Shown here piece after piece: positions 40,151-55,659 of a DNA stretch of 64,000 bases. The notes beneath the pieces were generated by a model. The model did not search any database and had not been told where the DNA came from. It worked only from the letters and a program-made list of their open reading frames with translations. The DNA is from Octopus vulgaris (lineage: Eukaryota), in assembly GCA_951406725.2 (NCBI GenBank), contig OX597814.1, positions 141,174,001-141,238,000 of the forward strand. Direction: 5' to 3'. The first letter of the stretch is position 1; each line of letters begins with the position of its first letter. A program made the position numbers and the translations under genes.

Positions 40151-41253
40151 TAGATGTTCAAGATCGAACGAAACACACTCACTCAAAACAACCGTCTTTC
40201 TTACTTTTGCCATCGTTCCACAGATCCCACGCAAAAACAACCTAATCCTTCCTTCCCCCAAATTATTTCCTTCGTTGCTCACGTTTTACTTCCGTTTAAA
40301 CAGTACGTGATGGCTTTGCTATAAGTTTTCCCAGAGAAAAAAATCGTCGGCTCTGTGTTTCTGTGTTTCTTTCGTTGCAATTATTGTATATTGTATGGGA
40401 GTTACAGTTTTTGTGATCTTTTTTATTATTATCAGCAAAAAGTGTATTTATAAACTTTAAATATAAATTCAGAATATGAAGGAATTATAAATTCCTTTAC
40501 ATTAAATCTCTTCCCTAAATCCTAGCTCCTCAACTATCAATTGCTCTCTGTTCAGATAAGAGAATTATTTTGCAGTAAAGTCGTGAAACATACGGGCTCT
40601 AAGGTGTTTATCTAAATACATTTAGCAATTTTTTCAGCTTTGATAACGAAGATGAAATAGTTTTCTCTATTGAAAAGAACATGAATCAGCTATTGCCTTT
40701 GAGAAGATTAAAACTAATACTACAGGCTGAAGCAATCGATGTATAGTTGTCATTATCACCATTCTTTTTGCATTTCGATTTCATCTTCGTTTCATCCTCA
40801 AATTCATTTTGAAACGTTATTGTTTCTTAACGGCTTAAGATCATTGGAGGAGAATCTTTGATAAGGACTTTCTAAAGTTGTTGCAACTGGGAAAAGGGTC
40901 GTTTGTCGAAGCAAGTAGAATTATGAATGCGACACGAAACGCAGGATATTGATAGTAACAAAAAGCAATTCCACCTCATGATCTGAAAGAGGCTGACGCT
41001 ATATCCAAAACTTCATTGAGCCTTTGCATAAGCTATTTAGCTGATTTACATATTTGAAGAAATTCGTTGTCACCAGTTCAACCACCAAACTGTACGATAT
41101 TGAGATTTCATGTCTATATAAAATCTTTCCATAATTTTTTCAAATCTGTCTCAAACCACAACTGACTTGACTATCTAGGATTGTAATACGTAAGACTAGA
41201 ACAAATTTTGAAACTTTGAAAATAGTGCTGACATCAAACGCATTTATATATAC

Positions 41254-41284
<31 letters not shown>

Positions 41285-41314
41285 TGTATGTATGTATGTA
41301 TGTATGTATGTATG

Positions 41315-41346
<32 letters not shown>

Positions 41347-42101
41347 CATAAAGATAGGTAGTTATGTATTTTAATATGCATGTATACATACATAATAATG
41401 CATATATACGTACAACCATACATATTTACATAAAAGAATTAAAGTGACTATTCGCAATTTAAAAACTAAAAGGCACATGTACAAAAGTGACAAAGGGTGC
41501 AAATCAGCACCAGCATTGCTAGAAATAAGAGTCAAAGCAACTCTTAACCTCGGGCAAAGCACTTATCTATTGACTGACAAGGGAGAACAACCTCCCTACA
41601 GCAAGCGAAGAGTAACAGATCATGGATTATTTCGAATTGAATTTATCCTCATTAGTAATACTTACGCCGTTGCCTAACGTTAAATTGAACTTGCATTGTC
41701 AGTTTTATATCTTTTACCGAGCCGCAAAGTTACAGGGATATAAACAAACCAATACCAGTTGTCAAGCGGGGTAGGGGTGACAAAGTCGGGCACAAAGTCA
41801 GACAAACTTCCACTGCTCTAGCGATCAATTCTATAGGTTTTTACTCCACTCTAAACGCTTTGCAACGTTTGTTTTTGAAAGTAGTGGTTTCAAACGTTAG
41901 GTTGGGGGTCTCCATCATGGTAACGAGTACTGAAGAAGCTAAGTATTTGAACGTGAGTCCAATTACTTAAATGTACATTAGGAGATTTTATTAACCTGAT
42001 CTGTCTTCGGTTGATTTCTATAGTTATCACCGGCGATTTAAATAGGAGTTTTGACTGTTATTTTCAGCAGGTAGACATACTTAGTATGTCCTTTGATTAA
42101 T

Positions 42102-42216
<115 letters not shown>

Positions 42217-42224
42217 GTATATGA

Positions 42225-42418
42225 AAACACAAAGAGAAAACACAACAACGCGAGGACGTGGATCAAGTATTGTGTTATTTGACGCTCAGGAAAGGAAAGA
42301 AAGAAGGAGGAGTTAACGTTTCGAGCGGAGCTCTTCGTCAGAAACATAGGAAAAGGAAAGATCCAAGGAAGGAAAGACGGAGGAAAAAAAATCGCCAACG
42401 ATACACACGCGGTCACAT
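42225..42418 (-). mobile_element. Solo Neptune-type PLE tail with canonical hammerhead core (42312-42345)
   Basis: Reverse complement: gttt CTGACGA A GAGC tcc GCTC GAAA CG TT aac; shares the downstream cctgagcg motif with the 32910 tail; lies in TA/CA microsatellite. Confidence 0.75.
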
Positions 42419-43274
42419 ACACACACATACACACCCACATATATACATACATATGTGTGTGTGTGTCTGTGTATTGGCTCGCTTGAAGTACGAATGGTGC
42501 TATAAACGTTAGTTTCTTATATGAGGTAAAAATGTTACTCCATATATAAGAAACTGGGAATTAGGGTTCCATTTACATTGTAATAATAGCTTCAGATAAA
42601 AAGCAAACATACGTATATTCACACACACATACGTATGTGTGTGAACTACTATATATTTAAATATACAAAAGAATGACGCAATCTTTATATATAGATATTT
42701 AACGAAATACCTATTAAAATTACGCCAAACATTAAGTTTAATGTTTCATGTGATATTATAATTTTCAGAGGAATGAAAAGAAATTTAAGTATGCTGCCGC
42801 AATTCACAGTTGTTTTTATTTAGCCCGATCGCAGTATTGATTGGAAAGGCTTATGATCAAAGAAATTTCAACAGTGGCCATCTCATCATTCTAGGGATAT
42901 CCAATATTACATTATTTAATGTGATATTTCGATATTTAAGATGGTTGGAGAAATATGATGGAAGTTTGGCTGCTATTTCTAGCAGGTACTGCGACCACAT
43001 AAAAGCTCCTTCATAGATTCGTGCCGAAACGTCTTATTATTTCTCTATAAATCGAATAACTGAAACATGTCACTCTATTTCTTGGGAGAAGAGTCTGAGA
43101 AACAAGCTTATTGCATTTAGGAAACTGCTTCTATCGTAGCAGAAACTGCTGCAGCTTTTCAGTATAAGACTCACATCACATACTGCTTAATACTGCAACA
43201 ATATTGGAGACATTAGAACTGTTTAATGCGTGCTTTTACACATTCAAACATTTAAAATTACAAGGAGCAACAAT

Positions 43275-43915
43275 GCGGCGAGCTGGCAGAAACGTTAGCA
43301 CTCCGGGCGAGATGCGTAGCCGTATTTCGTCTGCCGCTACGTTCTGAGTTCAAATTCTGCCGAGGTCGACTTTGCATTTCATCCTTTTGGAGTCGATAAA
43401 TTAAGTACCAGTTACGCACTGGGGTCGATGTAATCGACTTAAACCTTATTTTCTGTCCTTGTTTTTGTCTCCTCTGTGTTTAGCCCCTTGTGGGTAGTAA
43501 AGAAATAGGTATTTGAAGGCGGCGAACTGGCAGAATCGTTAGTACGCCGGACGAGATGCTTAGCGGTATTTCGTCCGCCGCTACGTCTGAGTTCAAATTC
43601 CGCCGAGGTCGACTTTACCTTTCATCCTTTTAGGGTCGATAAATTAAGTACCAGTTACGCACTGGAGTCGATGTAACCGACTTGATCCGTTTGTCTGTCC
43701 TTGTTTGTCTCCTCCGTGTTTAGCCCCTTGTGGGTAGTAAAGAAATAAGTATTTCGTCTGCCGCTACGTTCTGAGTTTAAATTCCGCCGAGGTTGACTTT
43801 GCCTTTCATCCTTTCAAGGTCGACAAAATAAGTACTAGTCGAACATTGGGGACGATGTAATCGAATAACCCCATACTCCGAACATGCTGGCCTTGTGCGA
43901 AAATTTGAAACCAAA
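43275..43915 (+). mobile_element. Tandem array of three SINE family B copies (Meta-domain-like core)
   Basis: Three repeats of gttcaaattccgccgaggtcgactttgcctttcatcctttcggggtcgataaattaagtaccag-type core. Confidence 0.88.
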
Positions 43916-44229
43916 ATTACAAGGAATAACAAAGTCAGTATCCTTAGATAATTAAGCTTTTCCTGTCTTGTGTATGGCATGGTTCACAGGACGTATTTTC
44001 CTGGTCTCCATGCATCATATGTGATACATATTCCAATTTGTTTTTCAACCACCATAATAACTAGCGACTTGTGAAAAGAAAGCTTTATATTATTCAGAAC
44101 GTATGGCACAAGGGCAAACTAAATATCTGAAAACACACATGGACGTTTAGCACAGAATTATGAATATGTGTTGGGCAAACAAAAGGCTAATGAAATATCT
44201 ATTATAATTCTGCCATAAAAAAGGCGGTG

Positions 44230-44627
44230 GAGTGGCTGTATGGTAAGTAGCTTGCTAACGAACCACATCGTTCCGGGTTCAGTCCCACTGCGTGGCACCT
44301 TGGACAAGTGTCTTCTACTATAGCCTCGGGCCGACCAAAGCTTTGTGAATGGATTTGGTTGATGGAAACTGAAAGATGCCTGTCGTATATATGTATATAT
44401 ATATATATATATATGTTTGTGTGTCTGTGTTTGCCCCCCCCCCATCACTTGACAACCGATGCTGGTGTGTTTATGTCCCTGTAACTTAGTGGTTCGGCAA
44501 AAGAGACCGATAGAATAAGTACTAGGCTTAGAAAGAATAAGTCCTGGAGTCGATTTGCTCGACTAAAGGCGGTACTCCAGAATGGCTGCAGTCAAATGAC
44601 TGAAACAAGTAAAAGAGTAAAAGAGTA
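44230..44627 (+). mobile_element. SINE family A flanked by ~67-bp direct repeats
   Basis: 44163-44229 recurs at 44628-44695 with a few differences. Confidence 0.9.
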
Positions 44628-44984
44628 AATATGTGTTGGGCAACCAAAAGGCTAATCAAATATCTATTATAATCCTGCCATAAGAAAAGGCGGTGAGTTG
44701 GCAGAGTCGTTAGTACGCCGGGCGAAATGCTTAACTATTCCCTTCCTCCAAATTTCAGGTGTCGTGCTTATAGTAGAAAGGATAATTCTGCCATAAAATA
44801 CATATTCGTTTGAAGTTGATGATGCACTTGATCACTACACAATGCGTCACGACTCGCGATCACTTAGGCAACGTAAGGAAACACAGTGCGATTACACATG
44901 TTTAAAGGAAAGTTAGTTTGAACTCTGATGGCAAACAAGGGATAAGTACGGACAGTATCAGTATATTGGATCTCGTCAGCATAA

Positions 44985-45212
44985 TACCTATTTCTTTATT
45001 ACCCACAAGGGGCTAAACACAGAGGGGACAAACAAGGACAGACATAGGTATTAAGTCGATTACATCGATAACAGTGCGTAACTGGTACTTAATTTATCGA
45101 CCCCGAAAGGATGAAAGGCAAAGTCGACCTCGGCGGGATTTGAACTCAGAATGTAGCGACAGACGAAATACCGCTAAGCATTTCGCCCGGCGTGCTAACG
45201 TTTCTGCCAGCT
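44985..45212 (-). mobile_element. SINE family B
   Basis: Near-complete reverse complement of the 43275 unit. Confidence 0.88.
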
Positions 45213-45276
45213 AATCAAGCTGGAGATAAGTAACTGAATTTTAATTTATACAAAATAAATAAATAAATAAATAAAT

Positions 45277-45680
45277 AGGCGTAGGAGTTGCTGTGTGGTA
45301 AGCTATCTTGCTTACGAACCGCATGGTTCCGGGTTCAGTCCCACGGCGTGGCACCTTGGGCAAGTGTCTTTTACTATAGCCTCGGGCCGACCAAAGCCTT
45401 GTGAGTGGATTTTGCAGACGGAAACTGAAAGAAGCCCGTCGTATATATGTATGTGTATGTGTATAAGTTTGTGTCTGTGTTTGTCCCCCCCACCATCGCT
45501 TGACCACCGATGGTGGTGTGTTTGCGTCCCCGTAACTTAGCGGTTCGGCGAAAGAGACCAACAGAATAAGTACCAGGCTTACAAAGAATAAGTCCTGGGG
45601 TTGATTTGCTCGACTAAAGGCGGTACTCCAGCATGGCCACAGTCAAATGACTGAAACAAGTAAAAGAGTAAATAAAGAGT
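45277..45680 (+). mobile_element. SINE family A
   Basis: Full-length copy. Confidence 0.9.
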
Positions 45681-46804
45681 TACGAATGTTTTTGATCAGA
45701 ATAACTTGCAAATTTAAAAGCAAAAGTGTCAAGGGAAAAAACCCAAAAGGGACAATGCCACTAGCATGAAATTAAGTTACATAATTACATTAAAGATAAT
45801 GTACTGAATATCACATACACTAAATTCTTGATTGAAATTTCTTCATAAGTTGGAGGAAGAAATTAATTAGATTTTCAAAGAAAGGAGGGGATAATTTCAA
45901 AAAATTAATACAGGAAGAACAGATTTCGTTCCGATATTTCATGATGTCCTCCTAACTTACCCAAATAGCACGTCCAAGCAGTTTTAAAACATACATAATG
46001 ATATAAATATAAACAAACAGTTGTTTTATTTTTAAGCGCCGAAATGTGTATATAGATACAAATAAGAAATTAATTTATTTTCGAATGCAGGGACGCCGTT
46101 AGAACAGCAGAAACATTGGGTAAATTACCCTTACAAAGCGGAAAAATTTGTCAAAATCCAGTTATGTTATCCCGGATCAATGACGACCGAATAACGAGGA
46201 TAGGTTATTACAGTCAATAAGCTCTTACGTTACTAAAACCACTGACAATCTCTGAAGACGACGCCATGTTATCAGCGTTACGTTTCTACACGCTACACGT
46301 ACAACTTCATGACACTAGCCGTCACAAGCAGATAACTACCGCTGCAACTACATACGGAACGAGGGAGACTCTACATGGTCATTTGAGATACTAGAAATAG
46401 ATACAAATTTCCCTTGATACATATATTACTGTCTTAAAAACGACGTCTACGACTACAACATTGAATAATATTATAGCTGATCCGTAATTCTTTCTACTAT
46501 AAGCACAAGGCCTGAAATTTTAGGTGGAGGGGCTAGTCGATTACATTGACCCAGTGTTCGACTGGTGCTTATTTTATCGAGCCCGAAAAGCAAAGTCGAT
46601 CTCTGTAGGATTAGAACTCAGAACGTGCAGACGGACGAAATGCCGTCACGCATTTTGTTCGGCTTGCTATCGATTCTGTCTGCTCGTCGTTTTAGAATTA
46701 TATATAATTTCTATAAAAAATATATAAGATAGTCGTTGTTGAAATGCTCATAGATCTCTTCAACTAGGCTCGACTAGAGTTAAACAACAATAGCAATAAT
46801 AGCC

Positions 46805-47123
46805 TGGCTCCCGGTCAGTTGGGACGACGAGTGTTCCAGTCGATTCGATCAACCCAGCAGCCTGCTTGTGAAATTAATGTGCAAGTGGTTGAGCTCTCTA
46901 CAGATACGTACCCATAACATAGTTCTCAGGGAGATTCAGCATGACAGTATGTGACAAGGCTGGCCCTTTGAAATACAGGTACTACTCCTTTTCGCCAGCT
47001 GTGTGAATTGGATTGACGAGAAATAAAGTACGTTGTTCAAGGACACAACGTGCAACCGGGAAACGAACTCAAGACCTTACGATCGTGAGGCGAACGCTTT
47101 AACCACTAAGCCACGCACCTTCA
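46805..47123 (-). mobile_element. SINE with family D head and family C body/tail
   Basis: Head matches 17341; the tail from cctgtatttcaaagggccagccttgtcac to gatcgaatcgactggaacactcgtcgtc matches 6080-6245. Confidence 0.8.
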
Positions 47124-47941
47124 CAACAATAATCTTTTCTACTATAGCTATAAGGCCTGATATTTTGGGAAAGGGGGCTAGTCACTTATGTCGACCCCAG
47201 TACTTAATTTATCGACTCCGAAAGCAAGAGAGGCAAAGTCGACCTCGACAGAATTTGAACTCGGAACATAAAGACGGAGGAAACTCCGCTAAGTATTTTG
47301 CTCGGCGTGCTAACGATTCTATCTTCACAACAACTACACACACAACACCTTAGCCAGCAACAGCAGCAGCAGCAGCAGCACCAGCACCACCACCAGCACC
47401 ACCAGCACCACCACCACGTTATTAAAACCGAAACGCAAAACGGTTCACTGCATCCATCATCACTGTAATTTCAAACACGCTTATGTAATCACAATAGCTA
47501 TGTGCCTTCCACTATGGCTACCATCGCACTTTTATTGCTGCTATTATTCCTCTATAGCTATACGGAGAAACCTCGCGCGCGTGCACGTGTGTGTGTGTGC
47601 GCGCGCGCGAGTGTTTGTATACGGTTTAAGATATAAATCTAGCGCACGTTTTGTTGACATCAAAAGTAGTAAAACTATATGACACACTAAATTAATATTT
47701 TCAGTAGTAAGTTGCCGTTTCCTTTTTAAGCATACATACATATATACACACATATATGTATGCATGCATCCAGACGTACATACATGCATACATGCATACA
47801 TGCATATATACATACATACGTACATATTCATACCTACCTACATACCTACTTACTTACCTACCTGTACACGCGTACAGCGACACATACATACGTACAGGCA
47901 TATATACATTTATGCTTGCATACATAAATATATATATCTTG

Positions 47942-50015
47942 CGTTGTCAGAGCTAGGATGCGTGCTCTGAGGAACGAAGGAGTTGGAGCCGCCCGAGAGG
48001 CCCGAGTGGTGGAGACGCAACGAGGCAACAGAGCCACCATCAAGTCTCTTATAGATGAACAGGGGCGCGAATTACTCGAGCCTGAAAGGATGTGTGAGGC
48101 CTTTCAACAACACTTTGTCCGAGTGTTTGGAACAACTGGTGGGTCAGAATGCAGAGTGGACTTTAGTGCCTACCTGCATGGTCTGCCACGACTCTCAACT
48201 CGAGAGGCGGAGTGTTGTGAATGACCCATCACACCCACGGACGTACGGGATGCGATGGAAGGCTGCGCGAGAGACAAGTCACCAGGCTTGGATGGTCTGC
48301 CCTATGAACTTTATTGTCATATGCCAGGTTTGTTTGGAGGCGTCTTGGCAGCTGGCTACTGCAACTGGCAGCAAAATGGGACTATCCCCGTCTTTGTAAA
48401 GCTAGGAGCAGTGGCACTGCTAAAGAAAAATCCAAACAAGGGGAGCGTCATAGATAACTTCAGACCCATCACTCTGCTCAACGCAGATTTGAAAATTTGG
48501 GCCAAGGTGTTAGCCAAGAGGTTGGCGCTTGTCATCGAGAAACTAGTCGACAAGGCGCAAACATGCGTCGTGCCGGGTAGGAGTATCTATGACAACCTCC
48601 ATCTGATGCGCTACATCACAGACAGGGTAGTTACGGATCCTGGCATAGGTGGGGCGCTGATCAATGTCGATAGGGCAGACCATCACTACTTGAAGGCTGT
48701 CCTTAAAGCGGCTGGTTTCGGTCCCATCTTCCGCGGTTGGATCGCTGCCTTATACAACGGCATCCGCTGGGTAGTTCGCGTAAATGGTCATATATCCAAA
48801 CCATTTAACATCATGCGTTCGGTTCGTCAAGGATGCCCACTCTCGTCGCCTCTGTATGTATTGACTCTTGAACCACTACTGCGGAAGCTGGCGACGCTGA
48901 GGGGCATCTCACGAGAGGTGGGATGCGGGATGAGCGTTTCTGCATACGCGGACGACATCAACGTCACAGTGTCGATTCACAAGCACATCGACCTGGTCAG
49001 CGAGACACTAAAAGAATACGAAGCGGTAACGGTCGCAAAAATTAACCGGGAAAAGTCAGTGGGCTTGCGGCTCGGCACCTGGAGAGGGAAGCCTATGCCG
49101 TCCAACAGCGTCTCCATCGTGGGACGCTGGACCGACGGACCGGTTAAATTGCTCGGAGTCTGGTTTTGGTCCGGACCTCCAAATGGAGAAGAACTGGGGC
49201 GAAATAACGACTAGGGTGGCCACTCTCACCGAGAGTAAGCTATCCCTAAAAGGTCGGGTGGAGGTGGCGAACGCGTATATCGCATCCGTCATCGAGTACC
49301 GTCTGACCGTCGTGCCTTGTCCCGACCCTACCATCACCAAACTTGAACGCATACACTTCCGCTTCTTGTGGAAGGGAAGCGTTCCGATGGTTAGGCGATC
49401 CATTTGCTGTCAACACCCACTAAATGGAGGGCTAGGCATGCCGTAGTTGATGATGTACAGACATGCGCTGAGACTGCGACATCTCCGGCGCTTCATAGAC
49501 GACGGTGAGCAGGTGTAGTCGCTTTCTCGCAGCTCATCTCCTTGGCCGAACTGCAGTCGTCGATCAAACAGAGACTGAGGCTTGACGAATAGCACCGCAA
49601 GTGTCGCGTTGTTCTCAAGCAGCTCTGCCGTACGGGACCAAACTTGTACAACTTCATTACAATGAAGGCGTTCTATAGAGGATTAGTGAAGGGGAGGTGT
49701 GGGACGAGTCCGCCTGTCGGCCGAGTCTATCGTCACAATTGCTCCGTCACCTTCCCTCAACCGGGAAGGCAAGACAGTCTTTATCGTACTGGTGGCCATG
49801 TTGAAAGAATGTGTGTGGTGGACTCGAGCAAAAGGATTTGAGACAAACACTTACCTCTCTGGCTAATCGCTAATCAACTTTTTCAAGTAACACTTGAAAA
49901 GGAAGGTAAGAATGGAGAGGCAGGTCTTGTCTCGTGAAAGTTTCGAAAAAAGGTGGGTGAATGTAGCAAAGATGGTGCGTGCAAGTGACGAAACCACTTT
50001 GAGCATGATCCTGTA

Positions 50016-50086
<71 letters not shown>

Positions 50087-50348
50087 ACTTTACTCTGATG
50101 TGTTTATTCCCTACCTGCCTGAGGTTACCGTGGTCTTTTCCGTAGGCTTTTCGTTCCACGGATAAACCTAATCTTGCTTCTGTGATACACGATCCCTTTT
50201 AATCGCCTTTTTTCCCCCGACCCCTTCTGATCGGAATTTTACTTTTTTTTCTTTTTGTTTCTCTTTTTCTTTTTCATTTTCGAAAAGTAAAGCTCTACAT
50301 TTGTATTTGTCCCCACTGTGTTCAGCCCTGAGTGGCCAATAAAGAAAG
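47942..50348 (+). mobile_element. 5'-truncated, degenerate L1/Tx1-clade LINE (ORF2 RT)
   Basis: KSPGLDGLPYELY, NFRPITLLNAD.KI.AKVLA.RL, GRSIYDNL, VRQGCPLS, AYADDI, GGLGMP; stops and frameshifts; AATAAA at ~50338 before (TCCA)n. Confidence 0.92.
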
Positions 50349-50421
50349 TTATCCATCAATCCATCCATCCATCCATCCATCCGTCCGTCCGTCCGTCCGT
50401 CCGTCCATCCATCCATCCATC

Positions 50422-50509
<88 letters not shown>

Positions 50510-51737
50510 CACATAGCAAACATAAGCTAGTCAAGCAACATCTCTATCAATGGCCTATTTCAACATTTTCTGACGAAGTCTGCTAAAGGTACTTAGAAAT
50601 GAAGCAAAGCATATCTTACGATAAAGCTTTTAATAAGGCTCCATCATAAGATATACTTTGTAGTAAGCTATTCAGCGCGAATTAGATTAATTCCTGACTA
50701 AGCTTAATACTCTATGCTATCGATTGGGAAATGAAGGACGGCTAAAAGATCGAGAAACAGTCCATCAGGAGATTTTTTCACGCTTTCTCCGTACCTCGAA
50801 AAGGCATGCGTTTACGTTCTTAGCACAGCTAAAATTTTCTTAAATCTATTTCGATTCTTCTGATTCATACTATGATAAACATAAAATATTTGCTGTTCAG
50901 TTTAAAAAACAAGATAACGAAAAAAAAAAAAAAACAAAACAAAAAGAAATAATTGTGATTAGGAAATACATTTTCTTTATGACTAAAAAAATCAGAGACT
51001 AATTTTATTTATTTTGGTAAGAGAAATAACTCTAGACCTGTTTCTGTCGTTTATTCATTGAACTAATATATTTTCTTCATCATAGTAGCATTACTAACGC
51101 TCACTACATTTAAAATATGCACACAAGGCCAGCAATCTCGCGGCAGGGGGTAAGTCGATTACATAAACCTCAGTGTTCCACTGATATTTATTTTATCGAT
51201 CACGAAAGGATGAAAGATAAAGTCGACCTCGGCGGCATTTGAACTCAGGACGTAAAGATTGACGAAATGCCGATAAGCATTTTGCCGGGCGCGGTGTTAA
51301 CATTAATTTATGCTTTTCATGTGGATAGTATTTCCGAGTTAATTAATTAACCTCAGAGATTAATTTTATAATTAATGATTTCTTTTATGATAATGATTTC
51401 TTTTCTCAAGTCAATCTTTAGGGCAGAAGTTATTCTAATTACATTTTTGATGCTCATTACATGTAAACATGCTAAGACTAACTTAATTTTTGATTTTCAT
51501 GCGAATGGCGTCTCCAAGTAATTAATTAACCTCGGTGAAATATTTGTTTTTATAATTAATGTTTAAAATAAATAAAATTTTTTAAATGAGAATAACTGCG
51601 TGACTTGATTTGGATTGCTATATTTGGCAAATTTACCGGATGTCACTCATTGAAATGCTCACAAAAATCTGTTGAACCATCCTTACTCTTGTAAGTGGAA
51701 GTGTAGCATATGTTTCTAATATAAGTATATATATATA

Positions 51738-51946
51738 CAGAGTGTCCCAGAAGTCGCGCACCATTCTGGTTTTCATTGAAAACAATTAAAGCATTTTATT
51801 TTATTATATTTTTTCTGCACGTTTTATTGTAAAGGGTGCTCAATTTGAGCATTTGTTACGATTAATTTCAATAAAGTCTTTTTGAAATCAATAAGGGTGT
51901 ATTCTTTTAAAACACCACGGGGGTGCGCACCTTCTGGGACACCCTG
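51738..51946. mobile_element. Tc1/mariner-type MITE
   Basis: TA flanks; TIRs cagagtgtcccagaagtcgcgcacc / ggtgcgcaccttctgggacaccctg. Confidence 0.85.
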
Positions 51947-53111
51947 TATATAAAAAAAATTGCAAAGAGCAATCAGTCTATGTTTGTTCAGTTTTGGGAT
52001 AAACCTTGTCATTTCTTTTATAAAGGTCAATTAATCCTTAGTTGTTTTTTTTTCTGTTTTTACAAACGTCAATCAGTTGTATACCAGGCCTGTACTAGCA
52101 TGACAGACCCTGCAATCCGTAATTTCTTGGTAAGTCTAAACATCTACCAGTGATAAACAACTGGATTTAATAAGAATATTGTCATCAGGTAAAGAGACGA
52201 TGTATTACCAAAAGAATTGTTCATACTTCATTGTTGAACGCGAGAAAGCTGTTTTCCCTATCTAATTTTGAGTAGATTAATGTTTTTTTAAAATCTATCT
52301 GCCCTGTTCTACACAATAAGTGCTTGCAAATAAGTAAAGGCTCTGTAAACTTAGATAAAGTAGTGAAAGAACATTTTGCCAAACTTTTTTTTAAAATAGC
52401 AGTTCATATTTTCTCTTTGTAACAAGACAGTACCCAGCAATGCATTTGCCGTACAAGATACCGACAGCAACATAAGCAGCCAAGAGCGAATTATTAAAAC
52501 AAGCAAAGCCGTAGCATCAACTGGAAGATTATGTGCGTATAATCATATCGTCAGACAGAAGACAAAGGAAGGTATTTATGACGTATCCAGACAGCGTTTC
52601 AGTGTTCATATCATATTACCTTGACCTGCAAAAGAAATTCATCGACCAAATACATATTTTAAGTGAAGCCAGCGTCATCAATATTACACATAAGGCGGCG
52701 GGCTGGCAAAATCGTTAGCTCGCTAGGCAAAACGCTTTGTGGCATTTCTTCACGTCCAGAGTTCAATTTCTGCAGAGGTCGACTTGACTTTTAATTTTTC
52801 TATTTTTTTTCGCGGTCGATAAAATAAATACCACTTGAGCACTGGGATCGATTTAATCGACTTACATCCTTACCCGAAATTGCTGGTCTTGTGCAAAAGT
52901 TTGAAATCAATATTCATATCAGTAATAAGGTGACTAGCTGGTAGAATCGTTAGCACGCCGGTTAAAATGTTTAGCAGCATTTCGCCGGTCATTGTGTTCT
53001 GAGTTCAAATTTCGCAGTGGTCAGAATATAAGCATGCGCGTGCGCGTGTGTGCGTGTGTATATATATATATATATGTATATATATAAATGTGTGTGTGTG
53101 TGTGTGTGTGT

Positions 53112-53740
<629 letters not shown>

Positions 53741-54020
53741 CATATATATATATATTTACACACACATATATATATATATATACATGGTACAGTAGAACGA
53801 AGAGTATATGCCTGCATATATTTAAACCGTTGAACTCGAAGTTGATAAAGCTATAAGTAAAGGTGGCTTTATTGAATAACATTAGAGAAAAGAAAGTTTA
53901 TTTTTAACCTCATAGCATTTTTTGATAAATAAAGTTATCTGTTATTATATATCTGTTTTTTTTTAATAAACATAAATCTGTCCTCAAATATCTTACGCAC
54001 TCTATACGTGTGTGTGCGTG

Positions 54021-54080
<60 letters not shown>

Positions 54081-54091
54081 CGCGTGCGTGC

Positions 54092-54162
<71 letters not shown>

Positions 54163-54805
54163 TGTGTGTATGTGTGTGTCCTACTCTGGCTTAAAGATAC
54201 TCAGGAATGCTGAAAGCCATTGCGTTCCTGATAGTTGCTGGAAACCTCTGATCAACGACGCCATTGTTGTCATTTGGCAATGTAATAAATAAATAAATGA
54301 ATAAATAAATAAAGAGTGCAAAGCAAATAGATGCATAACTAAATAAATAAAATGGATGTAAATAAATAAACAGGAAGTAGAAGATTTAAAGTATGAGACA
54401 GAAAGATATAGAGTAAGCGTAAAGATACATTATGAATGTGTTCATGAGTACTAAAGGAGTTATCTTTTCAAAAGAGCAACGTAAGAAACAACGGGCTTCT
54501 AATATCATTATAAAACTTTAAAGGAATATTTTGATATCATCAGTAATCAATGTCTAAATCATTTACATAAAACACGAAGATTAATTATGGCTTATTTTGA
54601 ACGGATGAAGCATCGGATTAGTTTTCACATCTTTTCCAGAGTTGAGAAATCTGTTTTTTTTATTTTTTCCGTATTCATATATCTAAGCACATAAGCACAT
54701 GTGTGCAGTGTGTGAATGTGTGCATTTGTGTTGTGTGTGTATGTGTGCGTGCGTGCGTCAGTGTGTATTTCATATAAATATATATATATATATATATATG
54801 TTTAT

Positions 54806-54836
<31 letters not shown>

Positions 54837-54884
54837 CATATACACTATATATAGATTTGTATATATGTATATTTAATAATATGG

Positions 54885-54963
<79 letters not shown>

Positions 54964-54997
54964 ATATATATATATAAATATATATTTATATATAGAT

Positions 54998-55066
<69 letters not shown>

Positions 55067-55659
55067 TATATACACACGCATACACACATATACATATACA
55101 TGTGCGATAAAACAGAATCCAAAGCGATTGGTGTTATTCTACGTCGATAAGATTTGCGTTAATTAATTAGTAAAATAGACAAAAAGAGTACAGTGAACTT
55201 GCCGTAAGATATTGGAATGTTTTGGGACTGCACGTGCTGGCAATCATTGGCAACTTGCCTACCGAACCAGACTACACATAAGCTTCATGTTGTGCTTACT
55301 CGAGTTCAATTAATTCACGAAGATTTGTAACGTTGCGTTAGAAGAGGAAGTGAAACGTCCAAAGGTCTGTGGTTTTTAATGGGAAAGTGACCGAATGGAA
55401 AGTAAATTGAAGCGAACTCGGTCTTCATTTATGTGTGCTCCTTCTGGGTATAAACGCACAGACACACATCTAAGACGTTATGTTTGGTAAAGTGCAGCGT
55501 CCACAACTGAAAGTCAGAATATTACCATCTCAGCCTCTGAAGTCGGAAAGATTCAGAGAAGGCTTCTTGTAATGTATGTAAAATAAGTGGAATCTTTATA
55601 AAAATAAATAAAACATATATGCTTAATATGAGTTACAGATTTTCGCGTAAGGAATTTTA

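Noticed and set aside
43275-43915. CRISPR-like repeat-spacer array
   Set aside because: Units are tandem SINEs without unique spacers; eukaryotic context with no cas genes.
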